A stretch of DNA of 64,000 bases, taken from the NCBI GenBank assembly GCA_052327205.1, contig CM126224.1, forward strand, positions 27,962,001 through 28,026,000. The letters run 5' to 3'. Both the position numbers and the translations under genes were made by a program. The notes beneath the pieces were generated by a model. It made no database searches and had not been told where the DNA came from. It worked only from the letters and a program-made list of their open reading frames with translations. This document shows, piece after piece, positions 1 to 13,110 of the stretch; position 1 is the first letter of the stretch, and every line of letters begins with the position of its first letter. Source of the DNA: Somniosus microcephalus (taxonomy: Eukaryota).

Positions 1-1354
1 CAGTTATACATTTCAGTCCCCATTTTAAAGTCATACATTCTGTTGTTATTTTTATATTATACTTTGATGTAATATTATTTATACCTAAATAGCAAAAGGT
101 ACAATTTGGGAAGCAAAGTAGGGTTGGTTGGAGCATAGGACTTTCAGTGGTGTATGCTGAGGAACTGGGAGAGGCAAAACTCAGGTGCTCCAGCACCACC
201 ATTGGCAGGAGGGTGTAATTACAGCCTGACAAATTTACATAGACATTTTCCCAAACACTGCTGTATGCATTCCTACCAACAAACAATAGAAGGAAGAATG
301 GGCAGTAAAATGTATTGTACAAAATGTACACTCACATCACTTCAATGTATAGACAATTTAGTCTGTTTATCATCAGTGAAATAATGTTTTATCACAGAGG
401 ACTGTATGACCTTTGTCTTGTAGCCTTGAACCTGCCCAGCGTTGTTAAATAGACTGTTGTATTTCTAACGTGGCAGGATCAGTAACCTGTGGCCATACTG
501 GTCCTGGCCTTGGTCCTGGAGCAGTCCCACTCTCAGATAATTACATTTGGATTTTGCAGCCACCTTTCTTCTCTGCTACAACTTATTTGACCTCCTGCTG
601 ACTCGGTTGGTTCCAATGTACACAGTGTTGAACTACAAAATTGCAGGGTTGATGGATAACAGAGTTCGTGAACGGGGTCACAGCAGTTCAAGGGAGACAA
701 GACTAAACAAGTCCCATTGGGCAACTAGCCTCAGCGGTTATTCAAAAAAACTTCATTTAAGAAAAGAAGGTGACGGTCAAGGCCCACAGCACAGGACATC
801 ACCAAAATTGGAAAGAGTAAAAGACATGAGGTAAATCAGAAAGTAGTGATTAGGTGACAGTGAGGTTTGATTTAAAAAGCCTGAAGATTGTAAAAGGAAA
901 GAAATACTGAGGGAAGTAAAGTTTTGCACAGTTTTGAAGTTGTAAGAAAGAATGAGGTAGAGTAGGAGACTGTGCGATGAGCCGTTATTTCAACACAGGG
1001 AGGAGGAAGAGCTTATGTGCCAGCCATCCACATTGGATACAATCAGGTTTGGGTGCCCAGTCAGTGTTGCTGTGCTTAGTTGGACGCCCCTCCGGCGCCA
1101 TTCCTACCTGAGTCCTACTGGACATGTAAGGATTCAGTCTGCTGTTACTGCAGGCTGGAATTCTTGGCCGAAAGAGAAGAATGCAGAAGCAAGGGCAAAG
1201 GGTGGGAGGAGGGAAGAACTCGGGAGCTCCACTTTGAGGAGGGGAGAAAAGGGCAATCTCAAGCATATAACTGGGGTTCAGTTTATCTATTCCTTTATAA
1301 TCTGGTCTAACTAGTATTAGCTGTTCTTTCCTTGTTTTCAATATGATGGGCATT

Positions 1355-1710
1355 AATTTCAGATAAGCTCTCTCCCCAGAGAATAGTGGACCTGTGGAAC
1401 AGGCTGCCGGCTCGTGCAGTCAACACTGATTCGTTGACCTGCTTCTGGCTGAGGCGGAGATCACTTCGTACAAGAGATACCTTTCCTCTAATGTAAACAC
1501 GGCCTCTGTGATCTCCTAGACTGCTTTTCCATCACCTAAGGGGGCTGGATTTCTATCTTTTTTCACATCTTCCAGGGGATGACATGGCTCCGGGTGGGCT
1601 GGAGAATGTATGTATTGTGATGTATAAGGTATCAAAACTGCATAGGACAGGCCGGAAAGACCCGTCTTTTCCTGTCTTGTTATTTTTGTCTGTTCATAAG
1701 TTATATTCAT
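1355..1710 (+). mobile_element. Degraded CR1-type LINE 3' fragment
   Basis: Reads RIVDLWNRLPARAVNTDSL, like the CR1 ORF2 C-terminus (compare RVVNLWNSLP in other copies here), followed by a divergent 3' UTR. Confidence 0.5.
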
Positions 1711-2201
1711 ACAAGCTCAACAGGATGTGTTTTAAAATTATTTGTATTGCACTGTTTTGGGACCTTGGACAAATAACGATAGGAACTGAGTGAGATCGGT
1801 GCTAAGCACTCTGCCTTCAGCCCCAAACACTGAACTGTGTAGGACTGTATTATTAGTCGATACAGATCTCTATCGAAGAAAAATCTAAAACTTGCCATAA
1901 GGAAACATTATCCTTTCCATAAGTTTTTATATTCATATGTTGACAATGATAGAAATGATCAAACATCATTTCGTACTATATCTCCCATGGTGCATCCATC
2001 TGTGTGAGTGTGTAGAAACACAAGATTAGATTAGTATGGAATCGTACAGTTCCCCTTTCACAGTTTGGTTCTTTGAGTTTTATTTCAGTAATCATTTTCT
2101 AATAAGCCCCCTACAATTCCATTTGCAAGCACAATTCTATAACTTGGATTTGAGTGATCTTAAATTGAACATGAAAAGGATTGGTTATATTTTTAAACTG
2201 A

Positions 2202-3009
2202 AATGTGGATAAATGTGAGGTTATCCACTTTGGTGGCAAAAACAGGAAGGCAGATTATTATTTGAATGGCAATAGATTGGGAGAAGGGGAAGTGCAAAGA
2301 GACCTGGGTGTTCTTGTGCACCAGTCGCTGAAGGTAAGCATGCAGGTGCAGCAGGCGGTTAAGAAGGCAAATGGTATGTTGGCCTTCGTAGCAAGAGGGT
2401 TCGAGTACAGGAACAAGGATGTCTTGCTGCAGTTGTACAGGGCCTTAGTGAGACCGCACCTTGAGTATTGTGTGCAGTTTTGGTCGCCTTATCTGAGGAA
2501 GGACGTTCTTGCCATGGAAGGAGTGCAGCAAAGATTCACCAGGCTGATACCTGGGATGGCAGGAATGACGTATGAGGAGAGATTGGGTCGATTGGGCTTG
2601 TACTCACTGGAGTTTAGAAGATTGAGAGGGGAATCTCATCGAAACCTATAAAATTCTGTCAGGCCTGGACAGACTAGATGCAGGAAGGATGTTTCCGATG
2701 GCAGGGGAGTCCAGAACCAGGGGTCATAGTCTAAGGATAAGGGGTAAGCCATTTAGGACTGAGATGAGGAATTTCTTCACCCAGAGAGTGGTGAACCTGT
2801 GGAATTCTCTGCCACAGAGGGCGGTGGAGGCCAGTTCATTAAATATATTCAAGAAGGAGTTGGATATATTTCTTAAGGCTAAAGGGATATGGGGAGAAGG
2901 CAGGGACAGGGTACTGAATTTGGATGGCCAGCCATGATCTCATTGAATGGCGGAGCAGGCTCGAGGGGCCGAATGGCCTACTCCTGCTCCTATCTTCTAT
3001 GTTTCTATG
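2202..3009 (+). mobile_element. CR1/HER1-type LINE, 5'-truncated (ORF2 C-terminus and 3' tail)
   Basis: ORFs 2205-2651 and 2689-2937 contain LYRALVRPHLEYCVQFWSP and FFTQRVVNLWNSLP. Ends in the tail tcctgctcctatcttctatgtttctatg. Confidence 0.93.
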
Positions 3010-3201
3010 ATCCAGTTTTTAAATATTGCTCATATCTTGTTCTGAATGGAAATCTGACACATGGCTCAGCCTTTGTTCCACATCTGAAGTCTGACAATCT
3101 GTTAGCACTGTTGCAATCACTGCATTCAAATACATTTCCCAAATGTTGATTGTCTCCATTGCCAAACACTTCTTTGATCATCAGCTCAGTTGAGCACTTA
3201 C

Positions 3202-3315
3202 CTTTTCAGAATAGTGCTCTGCTGGAAGAGGTGGGTAGTCACATTGTTCTATCTTTTTACAGAGAGAAAAGAGATTCATTTTATCTCCATAAAAGGGACT
3301 CTGGAGCGCGGCCAT
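3202..3315 (-). CDS. NEK6: NEK6 coding exon (114 bp, phase 0/0): [38 protein letters not shown]
   Basis: Translated by hand; it is not in the ORF track. Acceptor ctcag|ATGGCC, donor AAG|gtaagt. NLFSL and EHYSEK are NEK6-type (NEK7 has NLYSL and DHYSEE). Confidence 0.93.
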
Positions 3316-3491
3316 CTGAGATAGGAAGGAAGCAGAACGATGAATAATTTCAGACGATTACTTTTAGACAGGTCTTGCATTGTATTTTTCGTATCTGAAA
3401 AGTACTCGTGGATTTATTTTCTGTTGCAGTGAATCTCCATGTCATGAACATTATAGTTGTAAATGTTTACACACATCAGACAGACTTACAG

Positions 3492-4477
3492 GCATGGAAT
3501 TTCCTGTGTATAAAAGCTTGAGGAAACTCGAGCGCAGCGGTGTTATGCACATAATTACATTACGCCTGAATTTCCTCTTTCACAACCGTCTATTGATCCT
3601 TGCACTCGGACGCACCTCGATTCATTAAAGTGACTCCATTCCTACACTAACGAGCCGTGCAAGCAAATTTCCTGCAATTATTGCTGGTTCACAAAGGGTG
3701 TAAAACAATGCCCAGAATTTTAGACGCAGCAGGAGGCAATTATTTTTCTGGTGTTTTATTACGATTTTCGCGATTTAAAAAAAAAATTATCTTCACTATA
3801 TTTTCTGGGTTTTTTATGGCATCAGTATGAGTTACATTAAAAATTCCATGATTGCATGTTCTTAAACATGCCATGCCTAATGTATATGAATGGTGCTTAG
3901 ACGGATTGAAATTTTAATTTTTATACTTAAAAAAGGAATATATAGTGCAAGTTCCACGCTTTCCTTGGGTCTCGAATCATTTATGCTGATTTCCGCTTGC
4001 TTGTGCCAATTTTTACGTTCCGGTGTATGCGAATAGATTGGCAGGAAATTTAAGCGTAAATTGACATCTGCAAAATATGAGCACGAAAGGGTGTAATTTT
4101 GGGCGTAACTTCCCAATTACAGGAAACTTTCTGGTATCCGGCACTGACGGGACCGAGTTGGTGCCATCCCATCAAAACTGCCGTATAAACCAGCGCTAAT
4201 GTTAAAACGTACAGAGCTTTTCAGCTCCGTGTGAATCAACAAACCCTGTTGCTTAGCAACAGCTTCAAAACAGTCGGCTGCAGCTCCAAGCGTCTCTAGC
4301 TGAAGCTGTTGCTTAGCTACAGACCTTGCAGAGCCTGACTGAGGAAAAAAAAGCAACGAGAAGTAAAAAAACTTACAGGAAACGGCTCCTGAATTTTGCC
4401 GGTAGATAGAGCTTTCCGGACTTTTAACCTCTGGTTAAACGAAAGTTTCCTGCACATCCCTGCAGGAAATTCTACCC
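3492..4477. mobile_element. Non-autonomous DNA transposon (MITE, probably PIF/Harbinger-type) hosting a nested Tigger-like MITE
   Basis: Imperfect TIRs gcatggaatttcctg / caggaaattctaccc, internal inverted match ttacgcctgaatttcct / aggaaatttaagcgtaa, possible CAG TSD. Confidence 0.55.
4120..4452. mobile_element. Tc1/mariner (Tigger/pogo-like) MITE
   Basis: TIR caggaaacttt...aaagtttcctg, preceded by TA. A homologous copy lies in the opposite orientation at 45191-45508. Confidence 0.75.
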
Positions 4478-4548
4478 CAGTGACTGTCCGCAGATATAAC
4501 AAAAAGCCACAAGTTTAAACTTAGTCCATTTATAGGTAGCAGGATATT

Positions 4549-5257
4549 GGGCCGTATTTTCTGATCGGAGGCTTCCAGCGTGCGGAAGCCACCGATCTGG
4601 AAAAAATCTACACACTTACCCGAGGGCTCCCGAGGTGCGTATAGTTCCGATGCTGGGCCTCTCGAACTCCAAGTGTGCAGGGCCCACGTATCCAAGGGGC
4701 GCAGGCGGTTCACAAGCGTCCCTGGGATCACGTGGGAAGTCAATCAAAGAAGGGAATCTCCCTTCATACACTTGACAGATAGACCTGTCAAATATATGAA
4801 TGTAGATCACCCCAAAAACACTTCAAAACACTAAATACATTTTTTTAATGAGTTGAAATTACAATGAATATTTGAAACAAAAATTTAATTTTTTGAAAAA
4901 AATTAAAGTTTTTTACGGGGCTAAAAATAAACTTACTTTTTAAAGTATTTTTAAATGATAAATGACTGAAATGTTTTTTATTTTTTTTACTTTTTTCAAC
5001 TCTTATCCTGGTAAAAGCAGGCCTTACGCTTTTACCAGGCGTAAGATTTCTAAGGGTTTTCTGCGGGCGGAGGGTCTCCAGAAAGCAGAACTATCCGCCC
5101 GCAGGGCAGGCGTCCAATCCGTCAAGAGCATTCTTGACAGATCGGAAATGCCGGTTTTTAGTGCATGCGCTGTGCAGGCCTGAAACCGACATTTCCGATG
5201 CCCCTACGGGTGGGTACACAGCACGTACACACCCATAAGGATCGGAATATCCGGGCC
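4549..5257. mobile_element. MITE, PIF/Harbinger-like
   Basis: TIRs gggccgtattttctgatc / gatcggaatatccgggcc. Flanks ATT / AAT. CpG-rich arms around an AT-rich core. Confidence 0.65.
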
Positions 5258-5749
5258 AATGTTTGAACCTGGAGTCCTGATATCTCCATATGTTTCTGGC
5301 ACAGAAACACTTCACATGGGAACCATGACTTACTCCTTTTTAAAAGCTTACTAGAGGCGTTGCTATGCTCTGAAGGGAGAAAAACAAATCAACCTAGCTT
5401 ATTATCCCTGTTTAGGTCGTCATTCAAAATTGAGTATCATACAGTACATAGTTTTGAAATTTTCACTGCAGTTGAGGAATGTAGTGGTAATTTACTATCC
5501 ACTGGGTTATAGGAGTGATTGAAAATGTCATATAATGCTTAAAAGAATGAGGTGGATTATTATAGATTGGAGGTCATTTATGTAACGCAAAAGATAATAG
5601 CATACATTATAGTCTGAAAACTGTAATCAATAGAGTCTGTTCTTCATGCATAATATATTATATACATACACGCACACACTTCATTTGGATATTTTACAGT
5701 ATATAGGTAAGAAAGGTTCCTATATACAATGAAAGAAATAAAGGTTATA

Positions 5750-5955
5750 AGGAGCTTCTCTGATGGCACAGTAAGTAGAGGAACCACCCAGTGTAGCACT
5801 ACACCATACAAACCAGGAACAAGCTCTAGTCTCTGCAGAATTTGCTTATCTGAGTTGGGACACTACTGTTGCCCTCAGTGTATCAATACTAGGGAGGACA
5901 AAAATCAGCCAGGGTTCTCATTTACCATCCATTGACCCTTGCTGAAAAGTGCACA
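5750..5955 (+). mobile_element. Unclassified SINE-like repeat (family also at 41905-43380 and 62680-63065)
   Basis: Shares the block ggaggacaaaaatcagccagggttc...gacccttgctgaaaagtgca with the reverse complement of 62850-62930. Confidence 0.55.
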
Positions 5956-7639
5956 AAAATGAATGTTAGGTTAGAACAGGAGTAGCCTCGATTTCCATGC
6001 CTTCCATGGTCCAATAGCTTTCCATGGGAAGAACGGTTACTTGGGTGAGGGGCAAGAAGGCTGCCTGCTTCCCATGGAACCATAAGGCACTAAGAATCAG
6101 TGCCTTCCAGAGAGATGGAGGGAAAATTGGACGTCCCGCTTTGGTCTTCTGACTTCCAGCTGCCGCCAACCAACCATGGGCAGTACAAGGCCCAGCGCAG
6201 CCATTTCAAAGGCTATATAAGGAATCCTCAGCTGTTCTCAGGGAAAGCTGTATGGAGCTTTTGGAGGCATTTTTTCTTGCAGTTGCTTGTGAGTTTTTTG
6301 ACCTTCAAGGATTTTAAAGTGTTTGTAGTCACAATTGTAGGTTCTGAATTGTTAAGGGCTAATTGCGGGCACCAACTAATGGGTGTGTCTAAGAGTTCTC
6401 TATCAGACTGTTCAAGGAGTGAGATCTCACCAGGGCCGGAAGTTTTTCCCTTCTGTCCAGCAGTCCACACTCCCGCCCCCCATCACTCCACCCTCTGCCC
6501 CACCCAACTTTAATAAAATCAGATGTAACATTGCACTATTATTCCTTATTTTACTTTCTCACTAGGGGTTTGCTTCTGCAGGGACTAAAATAGCCATCAA
6601 AAATGCTGCTGCCTCAAGCACGATGTCCATCAGCCACAGCCCCGATTCAACTCTTAAATTAATCTTCTCCATACTTGCTACAGTTGGTAATAACTCTGCC
6701 GGCTGAGATTTAGCCATCATAAGCAATAATTGTATTGATTACATGGACTTTTGCCATTCACAGAGTTGAAAACAGCTGCCGTCACAAACAGAAAGCCAGC
6801 CAGACCTGCCCCAAACATCAACATGTATAGCATGTTCATTTGTTAACTGAAACTGCAGGTGCACTGACAGCGAACACGAGTACTGGCACTTTGTGTACGA
6901 GTCTTTGGAACTATCTGCATTAAGCAGAAGCAGATCACAGAAAAAAAGATGAACTTAACATAAATGACCATTTCTGAATCTAGTTATTCATCCCACGTTC
7001 TGTTCACTTACCTCACAGTATGTCCTATAACAATTATACTGTGTGACTCAGGTAATGTCAGTGAGTTGCTTCAATAACAATGATTTATATGTCAGACTAA
7101 CCACAATCTTCAGTCAAATACGGGGTAAAAAATCATAATAGAGAATGTACCAAGGGATCACACAGGCTTAAAGTAAAACTTAGAAATGCGTGGATCACTA
7201 TTTGATGGTCCTTAAGCAATATTAGTGAAATTTTATTTAGAAATCTAGTTCTACGTCGACAGGTAGTCATAGCTGGAAACAGCAGTCTTCAGTGTTAAAA
7301 ATAATAGTGAGAGGCAGATACAGTCCTGAGAATGGGAGGGAAAGATAGGGATTTAGTGGATTTGGAGATAGTCTAACTTGCACTTTTTGCACGTAGGGGC
7401 TGATTTCATGCCTCCCCCCTCCCCAAGCCCCTTGTGCACAATGCGCTGTGTCTGTCCAGGCTGAGACACCTAACTGTGATGGTCTGGGCACAGTTACATC
7501 CCCAGTGCAGGCCAGCCCTTTGGGAGGACCTTGTGTCAGGATTTGAGGGTGAAAACAGGAGTGCAGCTGCAGGCTTCTGATGTCCACAGCTGTGGGTCTG
7601 GCTACTGGCCTCGGGGCCTTCTAGCTGGCATATCCGGTT

Positions 7640-8437
7640 ATAAAATTTAACGCAGAAAAGTGCGAAGTGATACATTTTGGTAGAAAGAATGAAGAGAGGA
7701 AATATAAACTAAAGGGTACAATCCTAAAGGGGGTGCATGAACAGAGACCTGGGGATATATGTGCACAAATCGTTGAAGGTGGCAGGGCAGGTCGAGAAAG
7801 CAGTTAAAAGTGCATACGGGATCCTGGGCTTCATGAATAGAGGCATAGAGTACAAAAGCGTGAAAATTAGGATGAACCTGTATACAACACTGATTCAGCC
7901 TCAATTCTGGGCGCCGCACTTTAGGAAGGATGTGAAGACCTTAGGGAGGGTGCAGAAAAGATTTACGAGAATGATTCCAGGGATGAGGGACTTCAGTTAC
8001 GTGGATAGATGGGAGAAGCTGGGGTTGTTCTCCTTAGAGCAGAGAAGATTGAGCGGAGATTTGATAGAGGTGTTCAAAATCATGAGGGATCTGGACAGAG
8101 TAGATAGAGAGAAACTGATCCCATTGGCAGAAGGGTCGAAAACCAGAGCTCACAGATTTAAGGTGATTGGCAGAAGAACCAAAGGCGACATAAGAAAAAA
8201 CTTTTATACGCAGCGAGTGGTTAGGATCTAGAATGCACTGCCTGAAAGGGTGGTGGAGGCAGACTCAATCACGGCTTTCCAAAAGGGAGTTGGATAAGTA
8301 CCTGAAGGGAAAAAAATTGCAAGGATACGGGGAAAGGGCGGGGGAGTGGGACTAGCTGAAGTGCTCTTGCAGAGAGCCAGCACAGGCTCGACGGGCTGAA
8401 TGGCCGCCTTCCGTGCTGTAACCATTCTATGATTCTA
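7640..8437 (+). mobile_element. CR1/HER1-type LINE 3' fragment
   Basis: ORF 7737-8231 (RDLGIYVHKSLK...NFYTQRVVRI). Tail gtaaccattctatgattcta. Confidence 0.92.
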
Positions 8438-8741
8438 AAGCTCCAGTGTCCAGCTTCTATATAACTCCCACCATAGAATTCCCATATTCGCCATATAGCA
8501 TTCCCCAAATGGAGTCTCCTAAAACTCCCAGGAAGAATTTTTAGCATGATCATTGACAGAACTTTTAAAGTCACATATAGAGATTCAATAAAGTATTCGC
8601 TATACTGATACTCCAAATCGCTTGCAGACAAAAGCTTTCAGGTCTCTCCCATAGAGATTCTAGAAAAGTCCTTGATCAAATTAATTATAGTACAGCAATT
8701 GGTGAAATGATGGAAATGTGAAGTAAGATACTGCAGACCGA

Positions 8742-8887
8742 TTTCTCGTTTCTGGCTAGGGGAGTCAACGGATATGGGGATCGGGCGGTAAAGTGGAGTT
8801 GAGGTCGAAGATCAGCCATGATCTTATTGAATGGCGGAGCAGGCTCGAGGGGCCGTATGGCCTACTCCTGCTACTAATTCTTATGTT
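8742..8887 (+). mobile_element. CR1/HER1-type LINE 3' UTR fragment
   Basis: gatcagccatgatcttattgaatggcggagcaggctcgaggggcc tail, same as in the other CR1 copies. Confidence 0.85.
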
Positions 8888-9184
8888 AACTAAATATTTG
8901 ATTCAGAGTATTAACTACATGTGTGGTGTGGGGTATATAACATTTGAGTGGCACTGCGCATCAGTGAAGTGCTATATGAGCAATATGAGGTAAGGTATTA
9001 ACTATCAGTAGTGGGGTTTATTAACCGCTTGCATAGCGTATTTTGTCAGTTTTCTCCTTGGATGTGAGAAAAGATGTCCATTTTGTGAAGCCTGAGTCTT
9101 CTTACATCTTGTTTGGAGGTATCTACACCTCATGCCAACTGAGATATGGAATATCATTACTGCTAAAAGTACGGTTGAAAGAAA

Positions 9185-9565
9185 AAAAAATAAAGAACTT
9201 GCATTTATACGTTCCAAAGCACTTTACAGTCACTAAGGTACTTTTGAAATGTAGTCACTGTTGGAATGTAGAAAACACGGCAGCCAATTTACACACATAA
9301 GGTCCCACAAAGCAATGAAATAAATGATCAGCACATCTGGCTTCGGTGTTGGTTGAAGGATAAATGTTGGCTAGGACACCAGGAGAACTCCCCTGTTCTT
9401 CTTCAAATAGTGCCATGAGATCTTTTACATCCACCTGAGAGGGCAGGTTTAACGTTTCATCCAAAAGACAGCACCTCCGACAGTGCAGCACTCCCTCAGT
9501 ACTGGAGTGGGACTTGAGCACGTGACCTCCAGACTCTCAGGTGAGAGTGCTACCACTGAGCCAAG
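9185..9565 (-). mobile_element. Deu-domain tRNA-SINE (SacSINE1/AmnSINE1-related), internally deleted
   Basis: Reverse-complement match to the copy at 58984-59428. Confidence 0.85.
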
Positions 9566-11421
9566 CCTGAAACCTATAGTGCAACCCATTCGCTGTTCAC
9601 CCTGTTTCCTGGCTGGAGGAAGTAATGTGTGGAGACTAATGGATAAGGATAATGCATGGAAGGTGCAAAAAGTAGAAATACAGTCATGTTTGCCATATAA
9701 ATGTAATGAATTCCAAAATAAGAAAGTCACCATTATTTGTACATTTTAGTTTCTCTGTAATTAAAAATGTTATTGAACCAATTGGATGGAACGTCCTAAC
9801 TCTTTCCATGGTCATTCACAAACTCTTGTTGCAAATTACAGTTATGGACTTGGTTCTTTCCAACTGGTATGAGTAATCCAGGTGTTGTTTCAATGCATCC
9901 ATCGGAAGTACAGCATCTGGCACTGTGACGAGTTCAGACTTTGGAACTCCTTGACTGATTCTAAAAATAATTGCTAAAAGCACTGCTGCATTTACATACC
10001 GAGGAGCCAACAGTACTAATGGGGGTCTATCTTCAGGAGCCAAGATTCAGCTGTATGCAGGCTCAGTAAGCAAGAGGTATGTCATCGCAGCAGGCAGCCC
10101 ACACAGTGCCCCAGCTGCTTATTAATCCATAATGTGATTCAAGTGCTTCTTGTCACTCTCACTCACTGTCACATACAGAGCCATATAATGGAATAATACC
10201 TCACTCTAATGAATCACCACTGGATAATTGTTGATATTATCTACTCTGTTTAGAGTGTTCATGCAAACTGCTTGCTCAGACCTGTGACACCTCTCATCTT
10301 ATGATTTTTTTTTTGCATGGCAGTTGAAGTTGATGTAACTTACTGTTTTTAATAAGGTATTATTTGATAATTGCTTTGACCTTTCACCCCAGGATGTGTC
10401 TTTTGCTCATTAGCATGCACTGCAAGTGCCAGCCAAAGGGTGCTGCTGTCTTGCTGCTGACAGTCGCTGCCACCTCATGTCAGTGCTCAAAGACGGCCAC
10501 AGTCTCTGCTATCGCTTTGCAAATGATAAGTAGCACTGACAGAAAATTAGCTGTATGGTAATGAGCATGTTCTTTAACCCTTCAAGCATGCTGCGTGTAA
10601 AGAGCTCGACTGCCCTTAGGCATTTAATGCACACAGCTGGCTGACTCTTAAGCTTAAGATTAGCACAAATTTGGTTTAAAGCGACAGAGTTCCATTTTCT
10701 ATGGGAGATGGCTGAAATTTAACCCTTTCACCACTTATTCCCTTAAGAGCAGGAGGTTATTTATATTTAAGAATCGTGGGAGCTTTCTTTTTGAAGCCCA
10801 ACGTAACATGACAACGTTTTTGAGTAATGATGGGATGTTTGGTGGCTTGCATATTTCTCCAGTGTTGCTGTAATATTTAGCATTACAAATTTAGAGAGAA
10901 TTATTTTCCCAGATGTTATACACGTCCCTTGAAAGGTGCAAAGGGAATTCAGTACTTCAACTGCAAACCACCTTGTCATAATATTTAAGGTGTTTGAAAT
11001 TGTTGTACACCTTTTTATTGCAGTAATGTGCGTTGTGACGGCCTCAATTCAAAATCAGCTGAGTAAGGCAGAGATTGCTGTAACTGTTAGACAGGATGGT
11101 TGCTTGGAGAAGTTCAGCTTTCAGATTTGGAGATGTTGAAGTCCAAAATTGGGATGATAATGCCTGGGTACAAGTGGGGGGAAGCCTCAACTAGATCACC
11201 AAATATGTCACATGCCAGCCCCAGTCCTCTAACTCCAGTCCTCCAAGAGCCAGAATACTTCAGTATAAACTATCGTGCGTGTATCGGCCTCAATACCAGG
11301 CTGTTTCCACAGAGGATTGGACATTAGCTCAACATAAGGGTTAAGATGTATGCCACTAACCCCAGATCACCATGATTTAGGCACAGACCCAACACTAGCC
11401 CAGGTATTGGACAGTACCTGG

Positions 11422-11515
11422 TTCCTTTCCTACATTACAACAGTGACTACATTTCAAAAGTATTTCATTGGGTGTGAAAGGTGCTATATAAATGCAAGTC
11501 TTTCATTCTTTTCTT
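11422..11515 (+). mobile_element. 3' end of a Deu-domain SINE
   Basis: tttcctacattacaacagtgactacatttcaaaag...gtgctatataaatgcaagtctttc matches the SINE tail. Confidence 0.7.
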
Positions 11516-13028
11516 TCATATCCCGTGTTATAAAAAATATTTTATTATTGAAAGTACTCCCATCAGCAGATTAACATTGCCCTTTAAAGGGCAATGTATA
11601 ATGTTTGGCAAAGATTTTTTTGTTGTGAGGGAGAAGAGCTACAAGAGCTGTACATTATCATCACAATGTTGTCATGTGTAAGTGATGTGATGATGGGACC
11701 AAATCTGCTTCGACCTTCTGGCACACTCTGGCCACCACTCAAGCTGGGAGTTCCCTGTCAGCCACTTAAGGGGGGGAACACTTTGCCCGCCCCTTACAAA
11801 GCCAGTGATGCAGAGTGGGCAGAGCTGAGGGCATGACTAGGGCAAGGACTCCGTATAATGGGCGTTCTGGCTTCTCAAACCTCAGTGGAACCCAGTATGA
11901 GATTGGAGGCAGGTATACCCAGTGAGATGAGGCCTACAGGCCTCCAGTTTTAAAAACATTTTTAGTATTGAAGAGGATCAATACATCATTTCTCCAGTGG
12001 AGGTAAGTGGACACCCTGCCTTTGCCCCTGCCCCCGGTTGGCAGAAAGCATTGGAGTTCCCAGCAGCATTGGTGTGTCAGGTCCGTCTATATTGGCGCAG
12101 GTGCCCACCAACTACAGGCAGATGAGGTGTCCTTCCACTCACCCACCATACTCTGCCGGGGTCAGTGTTGGAGGGCACAATTCCAGCGTAACTGCCTGGA
12201 TCGTGGCCCCCTACAAGTCCGAGGCTAATGTGCTTAAGCGTGATTTGTGTCATTTGGTTTGACGTTTGTAAACGAGAGGAAAAAGACTCAACAAATATTT
12301 TTTCATGAATACAAGATCCTTTTTAAAAAAATAAAAAAAAACAAGAGAAGGCTTGAATATGTGTGAAATTGACCTGAAATGGATAAGTACCACGTACTGC
12401 TGGAATCAAAATACTAGAACTTGAAATGCAACTAAGATGCATTCTCAGTTTAAACATTACATGACAGCATCTGAACTGTGGTTTATCAAAATTATTTACG
12501 TTGTGATTTTTTTTTAACAAGCTAAGCCTCTTAATATTGGAAAGATTTGATTTAGATTTTTATAATTTCAGTCTACACCAGGCCAAAGGGGAAAAAGGGA
12601 TATATGTTCCTTGAAACTCCTTTGTGCCTCATATTGCCTGGACAAAATAACATGGTAAAGACTGACAATGTGCAGGAGATACATCTGTGGGGTGCGTAAT
12701 TGTATTTCACTGAGGACAGCTTCATAGTGACTGCTGTGACATGACACAGAATACATTCAGGAAATAAATTCATTTAGCACAGTAATACCTGTAAGTATTA
12801 TGTGAGTTGCAAAGCAGGTCTATGAGAATTTCAATGCCTGTGACAAGAAATGGCTTATATTAACACTGATTATTGGTCCATGTACATGCATGCACTCAGT
12901 GCCAATCTGTGTAAAAGGTTTCATTTATTTTAAGGAAGAAATCTTTCAGGCTCAGATTGATTCCTTTTACCCTCCCACTGAAAAGCTGCTGCTCCACGAT
13001 TGGTTTAGGCTGAGGATCTTGGGAATGG

Positions 13029-13110
13029 TGTGTATCTGTAGCGGCTGCTAATGATGATCAAAGTTATTGTGTATCTGTAGCGGCTGCTAATGATGATCAA
13101 AGTTATTGTG
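13029..13110. repeat. Perfect 39-bp tandem duplication
   Basis: tgtgtatctgtagcggctgctaatgatgatcaaagttat occurs twice, followed by tgtg. Confidence 0.95.

Noticed and set aside
1-3201. Terminal NEK6 exon (LRELVSMCI...)
   Set aside because: Searched the minus strand by eye and found no match. It probably lies outside the window.
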